From assembly GCA_964106915.2 (NCBI GenBank), contig OZ066927.1: a stretch of DNA of 64,000 bases. One strand, 5' to 3'. Under the pieces are notes generated by a model, which ran no database searches, had not been told where the DNA came from, and worked only from the letters and a program-made list of their open reading frames with translations. Below, in pieces: positions 14,101 to 29,100 of this stretch. The stretch comes from Podarcis gaigeae. Lineage: Eukaryota. The stretch's first letter is position 1. Each line of letters begins with the position of its first letter. The translations under genes and the position numbers were made by a program.

Positions 14101-17100
14101 GTGGGTTAAACCACAGAGCCTAGGACTTACCAATCAGAAAGTCGGTGGTTCGAAGCCCTGAGACGGGGTGAGCTCCTGTTGTTCGGTCCCTGCTCCTGCC
14201 AACCTAGCAGTTTGAAAGCACATCAAAGTGCAAGTAGATAAATAGGTACCGCTCCGGCGGGAAGTTAAATGGCTTTCCCGTGTGCTGCTCTGGTTCACCA
14301 GAAGCGGCTTAGTCATGCTGGCCACATGACCCAGAAGCTGTACGCCGGCTCCCTCGGCCAATAAAGTGAGATGAGCGCCGCAACCCCAGAGACGGTCACA
14401 ACTGGACCTAGTGGTCAGGGGTCCCTTTACCTTTACCTTTACTATTGGTTGCAACTGTACATGAGCAGCAAAATGTGCACCTTTTCAGATTTCGGCAATG
14501 GCAGAGCTATCTGCAAACCAGCTGGCTGAGTTGGCGGTGGAATCGGGAGTGCTGGCTGATGGGAGTGGCATCATGGAGATCATGGGCAACCTGAAGACCG
14601 TGGAAGACCTTGCCATATTCTTGGGCAAGCTGAACACCATTGCCCCGGTATGTGGCTGCTCTCTGGGAGTTGGGGGGGGGGGCTATTTATTTATTTCATA
14701 AAATTCATATACTGCTTGATTGTGTTTTTTTAAAAAAATCCTGCATCAAAGTGTTTTACGGAAAGAATAATATAATAAAATTATCAGTTAAAAGCCATTA
14801 AGAACAGCCATTAGAAACCTTTGGAAAACAATTAAAATCAATGATAAGATGCAAACCAGATTAAAAATATATGTCAACATTCTGCATGTCTGGGTAGACT
14901 TGTCTAAACAATTTTTTTTAAGCAGGCACTGAAAAGAGTACTGTGAAGGTGCTTGCCATTTGTCAATAAGCAGAGAGTTTCCAAGTGTAGATGCTGCCAC
15001 ACTAAAAAATTGGTTTCTTACAAATGCAGAATGTGTTATGTGACACTTGTCACAGTGCGAGTTCCACAGATTGGGCATATATGGGGTAAGGGGATGTCAA
15101 AGATTATACACAGATTTGACTAGCTTATGACTGCACATAGCATGTTGCCTTGTGGTATAAGGTAAGCCTGATTTCTTACTAGAGCAGCTTTCCTCACCCT
15201 GGTGCCCTTTGTAGATGTTTTGGACTACAACTCCCATCAGCCCAAATCAGCAAGCATTGTGGTCATGGCAGGATGTAGCATTTGAATAAGTAGTAGAAGC
15301 ATACAGAATGACATAGCGACAGAAGACAGGTGCCTCCATCAAGGAGATCACCATGTAGACTAAATTTCAGTGGCAAGCTAAGGGTAGGGGAGGAAAGAGA
15401 CAGGCTAAGGGTTGCAACAGATCCATGTGAGGAAATGTTCCACAAATTTACGCTTCATTTCAGTTGGCAGTATGGACTAGGAGATTAAACCAAAGGATCT
15501 GGAGGAAGAGTAGGTTGCAAGAAGGGCCTTGAAGGAAATGACATGGAGGCCCCACCTCGCTTTGGGGGTGGGGTGGGGTTCCAGGAGCACCAGAGCATGT
15601 GCAGAGTTGTTTAATGAATACTGGGTGGCAATTTCTGTTCACAGATGGAATTGCAAAGCAGTTCGTATGCCGGTTCCATCTTGAGCATTGCCTTCCAAAG
15701 GATAGCGATCAACTTCCCGAAGTTCAAAGCCAGTGATTTCGCCTATTGGTTCCAAGTTATCTTCCAGAATGTTCTGCATGAGTTCAACGAGACCCTTGTG
15801 GTGGACATTCCACTCAAGATATCGTGTGACTCCTACCAGAAAATGTGAGTGTGTTGCGTGGCATGGAAATGAATGCTCACCTCAAACCTGCACCTGCTTA
15901 TCAGGCAAACAAAGGCAATAACAGACTGTTGACACAAAAATAAATAAATTGCTAGCCATGTCAGTTGCACCAAAAGAGAAATATTAGGGGTGATGGCGGG
16001 AAGGGAAGCCACCCAACACTTCAATAGGAAGTGAGCAAATGAGGATGACTCAGAAGGATGACCCAGACTAGCATCAGCAATTTTCTAGGGTCAGATGACA
16101 CTTAATTGTTGGTTCCCTTGTGTCAAGCATAGAAGCCACCTGGGCTGAAAGCTACCTCCTGACCAGGTGCAGTGCTGTTGTGCAGTGAGGTGACAGGGTG
16201 GCCCAGGAAACAACGTGGCCAAGTCCTTTAGCTGGTGTCACTCCTACAAGTCTACTTCAAAAAGACTGAGTGAGATGCTTACAGGGTACGATGAAATCTT
16301 ATCTGTAAAGCACATCTTTCCATCTGTGAGTGCAAAGACAGCACACTCTAAGGCCAAAATAGACAAGAAAAGAAAAGAAAAAAGCTTGTTCCATCGTGTG
16401 CACCCAGAATAACCTGGGGAGGAGTTCTGTGCCAGTGAAAAGCTTACCTAGTGGTTAGAGTATTGGCTGGGTTTGAGAAGACATCTAGTTCTGGCTAACA
16501 GTGACACTGTCTGCCCCTTTTGCTTCCCAGATTGAAAGGTTTCAACAATGTTTTCGCCAACATCCTGCCTGGAAAGGCTCTCAGTGTATTTGGATTCAGC
16601 AAAGCTTTTTTGACTACAAAAATCAAATCAGGTAACACAAGCCCTTAAAAAAAAATCTACCTACCTACCTATCTGAATAAATCAGGGCTCTCGCTTCATG
16701 AAATAGCTAACAATCATATTCAACTAATCATGGGATTTAATAGATCCATTCTTTAGTTAATCACATCTGAATGAATGTGCACATTACTGGAGTCATAGGG
16801 GAAGCATTTCCCCCATTCTTTTGAGATGGTGGGTCCATGTGTGGAAACCAGATGCCATTGCAGAAGAGGTTTTCTCCTGTGTAAGAGAGGTAGAGAAGGT
16901 TCCTGCCACTTGTGGGTTTGGAAGATGAGAGGAAGAGAACACAAGGAGAGTCCTGCAGGATCAGGCCAAAGGCACCTTGTCCTCACAGTGGCCAGGCAGA
17001 TTCCTCTTCTGGGAGGCCTCCTGAGTGCCACAGACACACTCCCTCCGGCAACTAGTACCCACATTCCCAGCAACTGGTACCCAGAAGGCATCCTGCCTCT

Positions 17101-20100
17101 CACAGTGAACATAGCCATTGTGACTAGTAGCCATTGATAACCTTCTCCTCCTTCGTGGATTTGCCCCATCCTCTTTTAAAGCCACGCAAGTTGGTGGCCA
17201 CCACTTTCTCCTATGGGAGTGAGTTCCATAGTTTAACTATGCACCGTGGAAAGCGATTCTTTCTTTTGTCAGTCCTGAATCTTCCAGTCCAGCTTCACTG
17301 ACAAATACAGGTGAAGCTGGAATGGTTAGGATTTTTATGAAAGCCTTTCTCTGTAACTGCACCCAGACTGCAGAACTCCCTTCCTTCATGAGGTCTGCAT
17401 GGTCCTCTTCTGCCACTAAGCTGAAACCTTTTAAGAATTTCTATTTTATTTAGATTTTTGCCAATTTAGTATTCTTAATAGCTGATTCTACTGTTGTTGT
17501 TGTTTTTACTTTGTTGGGAAGATGCTGCCATGTATTGCGTCAGACCATTTGTCCATCTAGCTCAGTATTGTCTACATTGGCCGGCAGCTGCTTTCCGGGG
17601 TTTCAGGCAAGGGACTCTTTCCTTGCCCTACCTGGAGATGCCAGAGATACAAAGCATATATCCTACCACTGAGCTGTGACACTTCCTAGTTCTCATTCCA
17701 ATTATGTAATTTGCTTTATGATATATTGTTGTTTCAAAGTGTGAAAGGTGCCTTGCATGTGGTTTTCAGGGCAGGATGTAAATTTCCTAAAATCAAAAGA
17801 CAAATAAATATGTGCTCTAATCATGATTGACAGGGTGCTGTTGGGTTTTTTTTATTTTTAAGTCTGCTGCACAAAAGCTCTTTAATCAATTAGTTCACTG
17901 GCCAAGCATTGTAGCTCTGAGAGTTGTTTATGTAAGGCTCTAGGTGAGGTTGGGAATGCAAAGAGCCTTTGTCTTTTTGCCATGCTTGGCTTAGCAGCGT
18001 AAAGTAAAACCAAGCCCTTGTTTTGTACACTTTTCTTTAGGGAAGGGCCCTGAAGATGTCCTTGGACTCCAGCTCTCATCAGCCCCAGCCAGTGTGGCCA
18101 GTGGGTGACGGGCGATGGGAGTTGGAGTCCAGCAACATCTGGAGGGATTTTGGTTCCCCCTCACAGCTTTTCTGCTTGCCTACAATTAATACAATTACAT
18201 CTTGGGGCAGATTCACACTGAAGGCGCATGACTTCCCCCAAGAAGCCTGGAAACTGTAGTTTATTAAGAATACTGGAAACTGTAGCTCTGTCCAGAGTCC
18301 CCAGGGTTCTTTGGGGCAAGCTATGTGCTTGGGTGTGCTTTTAAAGTGTGGTGTGGATCTGCCCCTGGTTGACTGGTTGGGAATGGGGGCTGAGTTTCCT
18401 TCTGTACTTGAGTTTTGCACCACTGGCCAAAGTCATCATGCTCAATTGCAGCCTTAGCTGACCTGGCACCCTCCGGGTGTTTTGGACTACAACTCCCATC
18501 AGCCCCAGCTGGCATGCTGTATGATATTGGGGCTGATGGGAGTTGTAGTTCATCTAGAGGTAGGAACTAGGGAAAAATACTGTTGGTTCTGTTCGCATTT
18601 TAATGAGAAACTGCCTACTTTACACTTACTAAACCAATATTATTATTTATTAAATTTGTTACTCTGTCTTGCCCAAGGGAATGCAAAGAGACTTACAATA
18701 TGCCATCTGAAACACAGCTATTCTTCAAAATTTGTGCTTCTCCAGACTTTTGATGTAGTTCTCCAACCAAACAGGGTGTACAAAATTGCATCTATAACAC
18801 ATCCATAAAATGCATATATTAGTGAAAATAACATTGCTTTAAATATGTGTATATTAGCCAAGACCACATACAAAAAAATGTGCCCATCAGGAGAAATTTG
18901 TACCAAAATGTTGATCAATTTTCATGACAGGTTTTGTTTTTTAAAAAATTACAAATGTCTTGGGAAATATGTGGGACTGACTTTAAGATCTGATAAACGA
19001 GAAATTTGTTCCTCCCTCACTGAGTGGCATCAGGTTTGTAAAGGCTGCTGCAAATGGTTCATGGGAATGAACAGCTTCTCGCTCCTTCCAGGCATTGCAT
19101 GTGGAAGGCCCACTCAGAGTGTTCAGGAGTGGCTGGAAATCAATCTTGGGAACTTCAGCCGATACGCCCAATACCAGGACCTGCTCAGCTGGAATTTGCA
19201 TTTTGATGGAGTGAGTATTTTATATCCAGTATCTGTTGGCATGGGACCTATCAGGCTTTTTCACAGTAACATTTCTTGCAAACAAGTGAAGTAATTTATG
19301 GCCAAAGTAACTTAGCAGATGATTAGAGATTAGCCAGTTTGGGATCCCCCGCTTAGCCTTTTGTGGTTAGGAGAAAGAAGCTTCTAGCCACGCATGTAGA
19401 TGTCTTCATGTGGTTGTTTCCCGCGATAGAGATGAAATCCCCTCAGAAATGTACTTGCTATTTTAGCAAGTCCAATCGTTCCCAGACAGTAATGGTGGAA
19501 GTGTCATTTTTCAACCTGAGGAAATTTTCGTGGTAAACCTTCTGAGGGCTGCATGCCACTGGTGGTTGGGGCCAGAGGCAAAAACCTTGTGGACTGATGG
19601 ACATGGCTCTTACTTCTGTGCAGCCAATCAAAAGCCAGAGAGTTCTATACCCTGCCTTTCCACCTTCCATCACGGCACGTAAGAGGCGGGATTGCAATTC
19701 AAGGATACATTCCAGCCAAGCAAACACACATAGTCTAGGGAGGAAGTGTGGCTTAGCAAGAGTCCCGAGGGCCATACAGGGAAGCTTGAAGGGCCACATT
19801 TCCCCCTCTTGGGCCTTAAATTGTCCACCCAAGATCTAAATCAGGACTTTCTAAACTTGGATCTCCAGCTGCTTTTGGACTATAATTCCCATCATCCCTG
19901 ACCACTGGTCCTGCTAGCTAGAGATGATGGGAGTTGTAGTCCAACAAAAGCTGGAGCCCCAAATTTGGGAAACCCTGATCTAAATAGTCTAGGCAGTCCA
20001 TTGTATCAGGGATAGGGAGTGTGAGGCCCTCTAGGGACTACAACTTCCATCATCCATGACCATTGGCCATACTGGCAGGGGTTGATGGGAGATGGTGTCT

Positions 20101-23100
20101 GACAACATCTGTAGGGAGATAAATGTTCCCCATCCTTGCATTATATGGACTGACCTTTGGGCAGAAAGATGGTGCTTATTTATTTATTACCCACCCTTCA
20201 CCCTAAGGTCCCAGGGCAGGTGACAACATTAAAACACATAGTTAAAGAGCAGTTTAAAACAGCTTGCAGTCACAAAAATAAGGTGGGTACTAAAAATGTG
20301 TACCTCGAGTGTCAAATGGCAGGGTAAAGCATCCCAAGGACCATACAGGGAAAGATTTATAGGGAAAGGTTTCTTAATTTCCCTGAAGCTTCCCCGCAAC
20401 AACACAGTATGCTAGTACCCAAATACAGTTATACCTTGAATTGAATGTGCTTTGGGTTGAGCGCGTTCGAGTTGTGCTCCGCGGCAACCCAGAAGTAACA
20501 GAGCACGTTACTTCCAGGTTTCACAGCTCGTGCATGCGCAGACGCTCAAAATGACCTCACGCACATGTGCAGATGCTCAAAATGACGTCAAGCACATGCG
20601 CAGAAGCGGCGGAACGTGACCTTTGCACACACAGACGTGCCATTGCGTCTTGCGTTCCGTTCGGGATGCGAACGCGGCTCCGGAACAGATCCTGTTCGCA
20701 TCCCAAGGTACCACTGTATGCTGATTCTCCAGAATAAATGGGCTGGTACAATCCCAATTAATTTCATTTGGGCTCCTTGCTCCCTCAATTCCCCAACCAC
20801 ACTCCCTGTCCATAACTCTCACCTCTGCTCCTTGATGACACATGAGCAAAATCCTGACCTTCCCTAACAATGTTTGTACACATTCTATAGCTGACAATTT
20901 CCTGCTTGAGCAGTAATTTTTCTGATGTTCTCTAGTCTCTCCTGCGTTTTTTTTTAAAAATTTGGGTGCCAACTCTAAACCAGAAACATAAGGAGTGCCT
21001 ATGTAGGCATTGCAACTTATTACAGACTGCTTGAAAAATTCGCCATCACTTGCTTAATGCTCCCCTGCAGATGGCTGTTCTGCAATCTTTGTCTCCACTG
21101 CAACTTGCATCCCTCACCCTGAAGTCTGATGCCATCAATGAAGAGGAGAAGATGTGCCAGATTCTTGCAAGACTGCAGAACAAACCACTGGAAGAGATCT
21201 ACCAGTATTTGGACCAATTCAACACAGATGCCAATAAGGTACGGCCTTCAAATATTTACTAAAGAAAAGCAAAACTCCAAATCAAGTTAGGTCTTTTTGC
21301 CACCCAAACTGACTTTTCCGTTCCCTCACAGAACCCACATTGCTTGTATGCATTCTATTGCTGACAGTTTTCACCTGATAAGTTAGAATGTTAATGAACC
21401 TTGCATGTATCCCTGCAGGTCAGCCGGGGGAAGATAAGTAGCAAATCACAGTCAGTGGGACAGCCTCTCATTGCCCGTTATAGACAACAAAGTTAAGATA
21501 AATCCAAATAGTTAAGCAAAAGAGTTTGCTATTTTTTTCCTTCTCTCTTTAAATTGCAGCTTGGAATAACGTCTCTCAAAGAGGAAGGCATAAGGCAAAG
21601 GGTGCTCTCTCATTTTGTGGAGGCGATTGGATCTGAACTCTCAACCTTCAGCCCTGCAAACTGGACTCATTTGCTGTCCACAAGGCTGCTGCTTTTCCTG
21701 CCAAGTGTCAGCGCAAAGGAATCCAAAGAGATGCTGTCTTATGTTTCCGGTTGTGATGCCTTCCAAGCTGTGTGAGTATAAACCGCCGTCGTTCTCACTG
21801 TTACAAGTTTTCAGAGGAGTGTGCCAACGTGTAAGTAACCAAACTGTGGATCCCATGTGCAAGAGGAGCATATCAGCAAATTTGGGGGAAGCACAGGATT
21901 CGTGGAAGTACAACAACATATAGGTTGCAGAGGGCGGGGTGGACTAAATGAGGAAAAACCCTAAAGCAGCCCAATGAAGAATCAGCAAGGTTGGTCCATG
22001 AGGATATGCAGAGTACTGCCTCACCAACCACAATCTGCCCCCAGCCACCGTCTTCTTACTTACAACCTGTTAGGAAGGCAACACTGCCTATTAACTTCCT
22101 CCTCCTTAGTCTCAGTGTTGTCCTTGTAGAGAACTCAATAGAGAAGAGGATGGGGACAGAACCAGAATGAGCTGTCTCTGCCTGTCCTTGGCTCTGTCGC
22201 CACCTACTGTTGGGCTCCCTGCCTTCCACCCCAGCAGTCCTCATCAGCACCAGCCACCACTGTTGAGCACGCTCAGTGGGATTCTGTCTGAGTGTGTAGT
22301 GGGGGAAACCCCTGCAAACCAGGGGGACTGGAATGGAGTATTGTGGAGGAGGGCTTGGCTGGCTTATTAAAACAAGGAGGAACAGTCCACGCTGCCAAAT
22401 GATCTCCTTTCTGGTGCACAGGCCAAATTCACTCCTGGAAGCTTCTATCCAATGACGTGGGAAACTGAATTAAAGGAGCAGGAAGGAGATTCATGTCTGG
22501 GAACCATGTCTGGAGAGAAAGAAGCAACCTATGGTTCAGCCTCCCCTGACCTGGTGCCCTTCAGATGGTTTGGACTACAACTCCTACCAGCCTGAATCAG
22601 CATAGCCAATGGTTGAGGACGACCATCATCCTTGACCACTGAGAACTAGTGATGCTGATGGGAGTTGTGCTTTCCAGATTCTTTGGATTACAAGGTTGGG
22701 GAAAGCTAGACCATAGTTTTTATGAGTGTTGAAGATGTTGTGATAGATACATTGTGGCTGGTGGTGGACATATTAACTATGAGCACTGCAGGAAGTCATC
22801 ACTTGATGTTGCACTCATTAGGTCAGGGGTAGGCAGCCTAAGGCCCATGGACCACAAGAGGCCCACAGGAGTCGTTTAACCGGCCTGATCCAGACGGCTG
22901 TTCTCCTCTTATGCAGACCTTTCTGACACAACCTTTTATCTTCAGGGTGTCCTCGCTGAGCCAAATTTACTCTGCAATACTACCAACCAACCAACTAGGC
23001 ATCTACAGGACCTTGTTTTCCTACCTTGACAACCAGCACAAGACCACAGGTAACTTGGTAGCACCATTTTAAGTTTGCAGTTCAGGAGCCATGGATTGGA

Positions 23101-26100
23101 AGTAGGGAGAAAGCTGATCCAGTTGATTTCCATTACAAGGCATATCTTCCTAATTTAGTGCCTTCATTGCATATCTTTAAGAACCAGACAAAATGTTCCT
23201 CTTCAACAGGCCTTTGGGTGATTATATTGTAAACCACCTTGTGATATTCAGATGAAGGGTGGTATAGAAATTTAATTATTATTAATAGTAATTCACACTT
23301 TCTGAAACAAAATGAGAATGAAAATACTGCAGTCCTTTGAACATTACAATTCTCTGAATTTTGCAATATAGTGCTCCAACCAAATCATGTAGGGAAAAAA
23401 TGCAGATGCCGGAGTAAAGTATGTATAAAAATGCATGTTTTCATGGAAAATAGCATGCAAAAATGCATTATATTTGGGAACATTGCTTTGCAAAAAAAGG
23501 TGTATATTAGGCAGAATTACATGCAAGCATGTATATAGGGAAAACTATTCTCCCATATATTGGATTTTTTTTAAAAAAATTGCAAACTGAAATGGAAATA
23601 TGGAGAACTGAACTAAAGATTGGGAAAATGAAAAACTGAGGGAGACTGAAATCAACAGATTCCTCCATCCCTAGCCATGGGCAGTGTGTGACGTCAGGAT
23701 GGTGGGGTCTAGGTACTTTAGAGAGCCGGTGGGGAACAGAGGTAGAGGCACGAGCCCCTGGGCATGGGGCCTGAGAGGGATCCAGCAGGGAGATGGGCAC
23801 CTAGGGGAGAATTCATTCCTCTTGAGTAGGAATAGAGAGATCAAACCCACCCAGTTTTGAATTCTTGGCCAAATGAGTTGCCACCTGCAACTATGCCAAT
23901 GAATCCCACATGGAGCTCTGTTCAGAAAGGCTTGTTTGTTTACCAACACTGCAGGATCGGCGTGTACCTCCAACACTGGGGATTCTGAGGCATGGCTGCA
24001 AGATAACCTGGGGGCCTTCGCAGCCCTAGCTCCTTATGGCGATTTCACCATGCTGATGGCCACATTCAATGGGGTACGTTGCAGAGGTTGCCTTGTGTTG
24101 ATGCATAATGCCCACCCTGTGCTCCAGAGCCCCACCCCCACCAAATGATTAGGAAGTCTGTTTTGCATTAGACTCCTCCTGAAAAGGGGAAGAGGGCAGA
24201 GCAGTTGCTTTGCATACAGAAGGTCCCTAGCGCCTTCAAAGAGTGGCAGGGTGAGACTCTTGCCAGAGAAACCCTGGAGTGCTGCTGCCAGTCAGTGTAG
24301 ACAATCCCGAATGAGCTGGGTCAGTGAGAGGTCAGTTCTGCGAGTTTTCCGCATTCCATACTTGCAAAAAGAATAATTCTTCATTTCAGGAGGGGTGGAA
24401 GTGAATATTCTGCACAACAGCCCAATTGAGAAGCTTCATCCCACACATGGGAGAAGGAAAGGGCTGCCTACCTTTCTCCCTCCCCAAATCTTCTAAAGCA
24501 GTCTTCCCCGATTGGGTACCCTCCAGGTGTCTTGGACTACAATTCCCATCAGCCCCAGCAAGCATGCTGGCTGGGGCTGATGGGAGTCGTAGTCCAAAAC
24601 ATCTGGAGGACACCAGATCGGGGAAGGGTTGAAGAAGTCTCTAAGTATGTCCTCGAATGTGTGTTTTTACAGTTTGATGTCCGGGGCAACCTCACTGCCA
24701 CCCAACTGGCTCATGTCTTTTTTGCCTCTGGAGCTCTGGATGATCCTGATAAAGTCAGCGCCCTTCTGGAACCTTTGGAGAACAAGCCTGTTGATGACGT
24801 CCTTGCTTTTATGACAGAGTTTGCAGCCTTGGCTGCTCAGGTGAGTTGTCTTTTGTTAGCTTTGGTTTATATCCATTCAATAAGATCCCTTTAATTTCTT
24901 GAGCTCTCCTGGTGCTGCATCCTTCGCTGCTTCTCTGAGGCCCAGTGTGGCGTGGTGGTAAGAGTGTCGGACTAGGACCTGGGAGACCGGGGTTCAAACC
25001 CCCGCTTGGCCACGAAGCTCTGTCTCTCTGCCATTCTTCTCTCCAGCACAATCACATTCCTCTGTGCTACTCTGGCCATTTTGAAGGCTGGGGCCATGAC
25101 CTGTTCCTTCTGTGTTTCTGGTTGGCAGAGCGGCGTGACGTTCCTGCCAAACACGGAGGTGAGGGACAAGATATTTGACGCCATCTTCAGCGAATTACAG
25201 AGCCTGCTAACCTCCCAGTACAAGGACTTGTTCCAGAAAACATTGACCCTCGTGCTTCCCAGCATCAACGCCACAGCCCTGGCAGCCATTCCACAGAGCA
25301 TCCCCTGCAGCACTTTCAAAGCCATGTGAGTCTTCAACCGTCTGCAGGTTTGCCAGGAGGGGGCAAAGGAACCAGTTTCCAGGCCCAATTTAAAGTGCTG
25401 GTTTTGACTGATAAAGCCTTGTGTGGTTCAGGATCCCAGTACGTCAAAGACAGCCTCTCCCCATATGAACCCAGACCCTGTGGTCGCCATCTGAAGCCCT
25501 TCTTCATGTGCCCCCTCCGGGAGAGGGGCAATTTGAGAAGGGGCCTTCTCAGTGGTGGCTCCCTTCTTGCAGAAGGCTCTCCCCAGGAAGGCTCACCTGG
25601 CATCATCCTTACATATCTTTAGGCACCAGGCAAAAACATTTGTTTTCTGCCAGACCATTGGCTTTTAATCATCTGTGGCCTTCTTGAGTGGGTGGGGCTG
25701 TTTTAATCCTGCCTTTAAAAAATAAAAATGAGTTTTAGATTTTTCTGTTTTGTTCAACACTGGTTTGAATGTACATGTTCTTATCGTAAGTTACTTTTGT
25801 AAGAAAAAAAAATCTAGTAAGTTTAAATCATTGTCACCATCATTATTAGCAAATAAGAGGTTAATTGGTATAAAGACTTTAATACGTTTCCCCTCCTGTT
25901 CCTTCCTCTCCCACCCAGAATGGCTGGTTTGGATGGCAGCTTTCGACACATGTCATCAGACAGTCGCCAAGATGTCTACAACTTTGCCAAAGGCTACCTG
26001 ATGACCAAGGCGTCTCAAGGAGGTAGGTGGCAAAACTAGAAGGTGTTTGCTAGGTGGGTGGAATTGCTGTGCTTGCTTCCCAGCTGGCAGGGGGCGCTGT

Positions 26101-29100
26101 TGTTACTGGAAGCAAAGATGGACCATTGGTCCAGTTCAGTATAATGCTGTTTCCTCTGCTCCTTCGCCACTCATAGCAGCTGTACCATGCCCCCAGTGCA
26201 AATGGAATATAGTGTGATAGCATATTGCAAGAAGTCACTTTTTCAGGGAAATGGGTCCTGGATGCACGATTCTCCAAGAGTGATTTTTTCTTTTTTCCAT
26301 TCCAGGAGATCCCTGTACTGAGAATACTCGGGGCAGCTTGGGCTGGTTAACAGCCAACTTTGGGTCCTTCAGCTCATTAGCCAGTTATAAAGACTTGGTT
26401 GCCATTAATGGAGATTTCCACCCGGTAAGTGACCTTGCTGGACCAGGGGCAGGGGGCAGAGGCTTATCCATGACTTAGCCAAAAGTATTGGGTGGGGGGC
26501 TGAATTCATTTCACATTGAAAGGTTAGCCTAGTTAATTTGCCCTTTTCCAAAACAATACAAGAACCAAAATGTAGCTGCCCTTTGAAATTTGAACCCTTC
26601 AAATGTTGCAGTGCTCTCTTCCAGCCAACCAGTGGTTCCGAAAACACTCTTCCAACCAACCAGCGTTTACCAGAATTCATATTTAAGGGGGAATTGTGCA
26701 TTAAAATGAATATATTAGAGAAAATAACATACAAAAATAATTGTGTTAGGGGAAATTGCTTGGCAAACACGCACATTCATCAAAACTGTTGGATGAAATT
26801 TGTACTAAGAATTTTTTAAAAATGCAGAGAATTGAATTGAAGATGGTAAAAATGAGGAACTGACGGAAACAAAATTGACAAAATTGTCCCTGCTCCGCTG
26901 ACAGTTTCCTTTGCTAAGAACCAGCTTTGTTCATTCTTTAGATGGATGCAGTTGCGAGACTCACACCATCTCAACTGGCTGAGTACACACTGGCGAGTGA
27001 CACCCTGCGCGACAGTGAGAAAGCTGGGAAGGTCTTTGGCTCTCTTGATTCACACAACATTGGAGAATTCATGGATGCTTTCAATGTGGCTGCCCAACAG
27101 GTTTGCAAGACTCCCCTCTTCCTCCCCTCTGCCTTGTTCAAAGTGCAGCAGCAGGGCTCATTCAGTTTGTTACTTAATTCTACTAGTGTTAACGTCAACC
27201 AGCCAACAGAGAATGCCAGAGGTATTACTAAGCAGCCAGGTAGAGTGGTATGATATTCAGTGAGACAGCATGTGATCTGATTGCCTGTGTAGTTCTGGGT
27301 GAGTTTTTCCCTCTTTATGTTTGGCTGAATGTCTCTCTGCCCTGTACAAGGCCTTAACTGAAAGACAAACACTCTCTGTCGTTTCTTTTCAAATTATACA
27401 TAGTTTTGGTTCACTTTGCTCAGTAAAGTGTTATCATGACTTTTATCTCTGGACTCTGTTGGCATTAATCAAGTGACTTTGCTAACACATCTCCCTATTG
27501 AAGGTTGCTCCATTAGAGTGATGGGGTATTGCCCAACAGCCTTACTTCAGCCTCCCCAACCTGGTGCCCTTCAGATGTTTCCGACTTCAGCTCCCATCAA
27601 CCCCTGCCAGCACTGGAGAGCTTGCCAATGGCAGCCATAGATCATGCCAGCTGGGGCTGATAGGACTTGCAGTCCCAAACTTCCAGAGAGTACCAGGTTG
27701 GGAAAAACAGGCTAAGCAGGTTGCTACTAAACAGAGGGCCTTCTCTGCGTTGGCACCTCAGCTCAAGAACTTCCTCCCCAAGCCCATTTGCTTGGCGCTG
27801 CCTTTGGTAAGCCTATCTTGTTGAATTAACCTCTTACAGCAATGACTATTGGCCTGCCTTTAGCTGTTGTCTACTGATTTATTTGCAGATTTGTTTTATG
27901 CTGTGCCATTTCATTTGTGTGCCTTTTCCTTAAGTGTGTTTATTGCTGGTCATTTACCCCAAGGGTATCTAATATGGTCTCCTCCAGATATTTTGGACTA
28001 CAGCTCCCATTGACTGATGGTGGGAACTAAGGTCCATCACATCTAGAGGGCACCTGGTAAATGATACACTTTGACATTAGGATGTTAGTTAGCTAGGTAC
28101 ACCTGTCCTACTAACACTGTGCCTTCTGTGCTTTTTACTTTCTTCTTAAAGCACCAGCTCACTCAGCTGCCCAACTTGGAGACCAAACGGTTCATCCTTG
28201 GCGAGATCTTCTGCCACTTGAGTGGCGTGCTGAAGCTCTTCACCACAGAGGACTATGCTGTGTGGTTTGGGCAAAGGCTCCCTCTCTTCCTGAGCAGCCT
28301 TGATGCCCAGAACCTCGGCTTCCTGCCCAGTGACATGTCCTGTGATTCTCTGGCAGCCATGTAGGTACCAACTCTATGCCTATCCCAAGGTGGGGGTGAT
28401 GGCGGAGTCATTTGGCGTGGCCCAGCAAAGGGTGAGGAGAGCAGTCACAGAAACTCAAAAACTGCATTGCTCCCAGTCAGGCGGTTGGTCCATCTAACTC
28501 AGTATTGTCTACACTGACTGGCAGCTGTTCCCCAGGGTTTCAGGTGGGAATCTCCCCTAGCCCTACCTGGAGATTGAACTTGAGACCTTCTGCATACAAA
28601 GCAGATGTTCTGCCTACTGAGTTCTGCCCATTATCATAGGAAAGGGCCTTATACTGAGTCAGACCATTGGTTCATCTGGCTCAGTATTGCCAACAAAGGC
28701 TGGCAGCAGCTCTCCAGTATTTCAGACAGAGAGTCGTTCCAAGCACTGCCTGCAGATGTTGCAGATTGAGACCTTCTGCATGCAGAGCAGGTGCCCAGTC
28801 ACTGGGCAATGGGTCTCCTCCCCAGTTGTCAGTGGAAGATGCTTTGCTGATCCAAAATGCCTCCCCCTAACTTCACTCCTCCCTTCTTTTGAATCTCCAA
28901 ACTGAGTATTATTACTTCAGTTACAACCTCCTTCCTAATCTTGCAGAGTGGAGGGTTTAAATGATCACCATGCCAACAGCACATTTGAAAATCCAGAGGA
29001 TATATTCTCCTTCATAAAAAGGATTCTTGAATTCCAGCAACAAAATTCAGGTAAACAAAGGAAGCACATCTCCTCCCCACCCACCCCAAGGAACACTTTA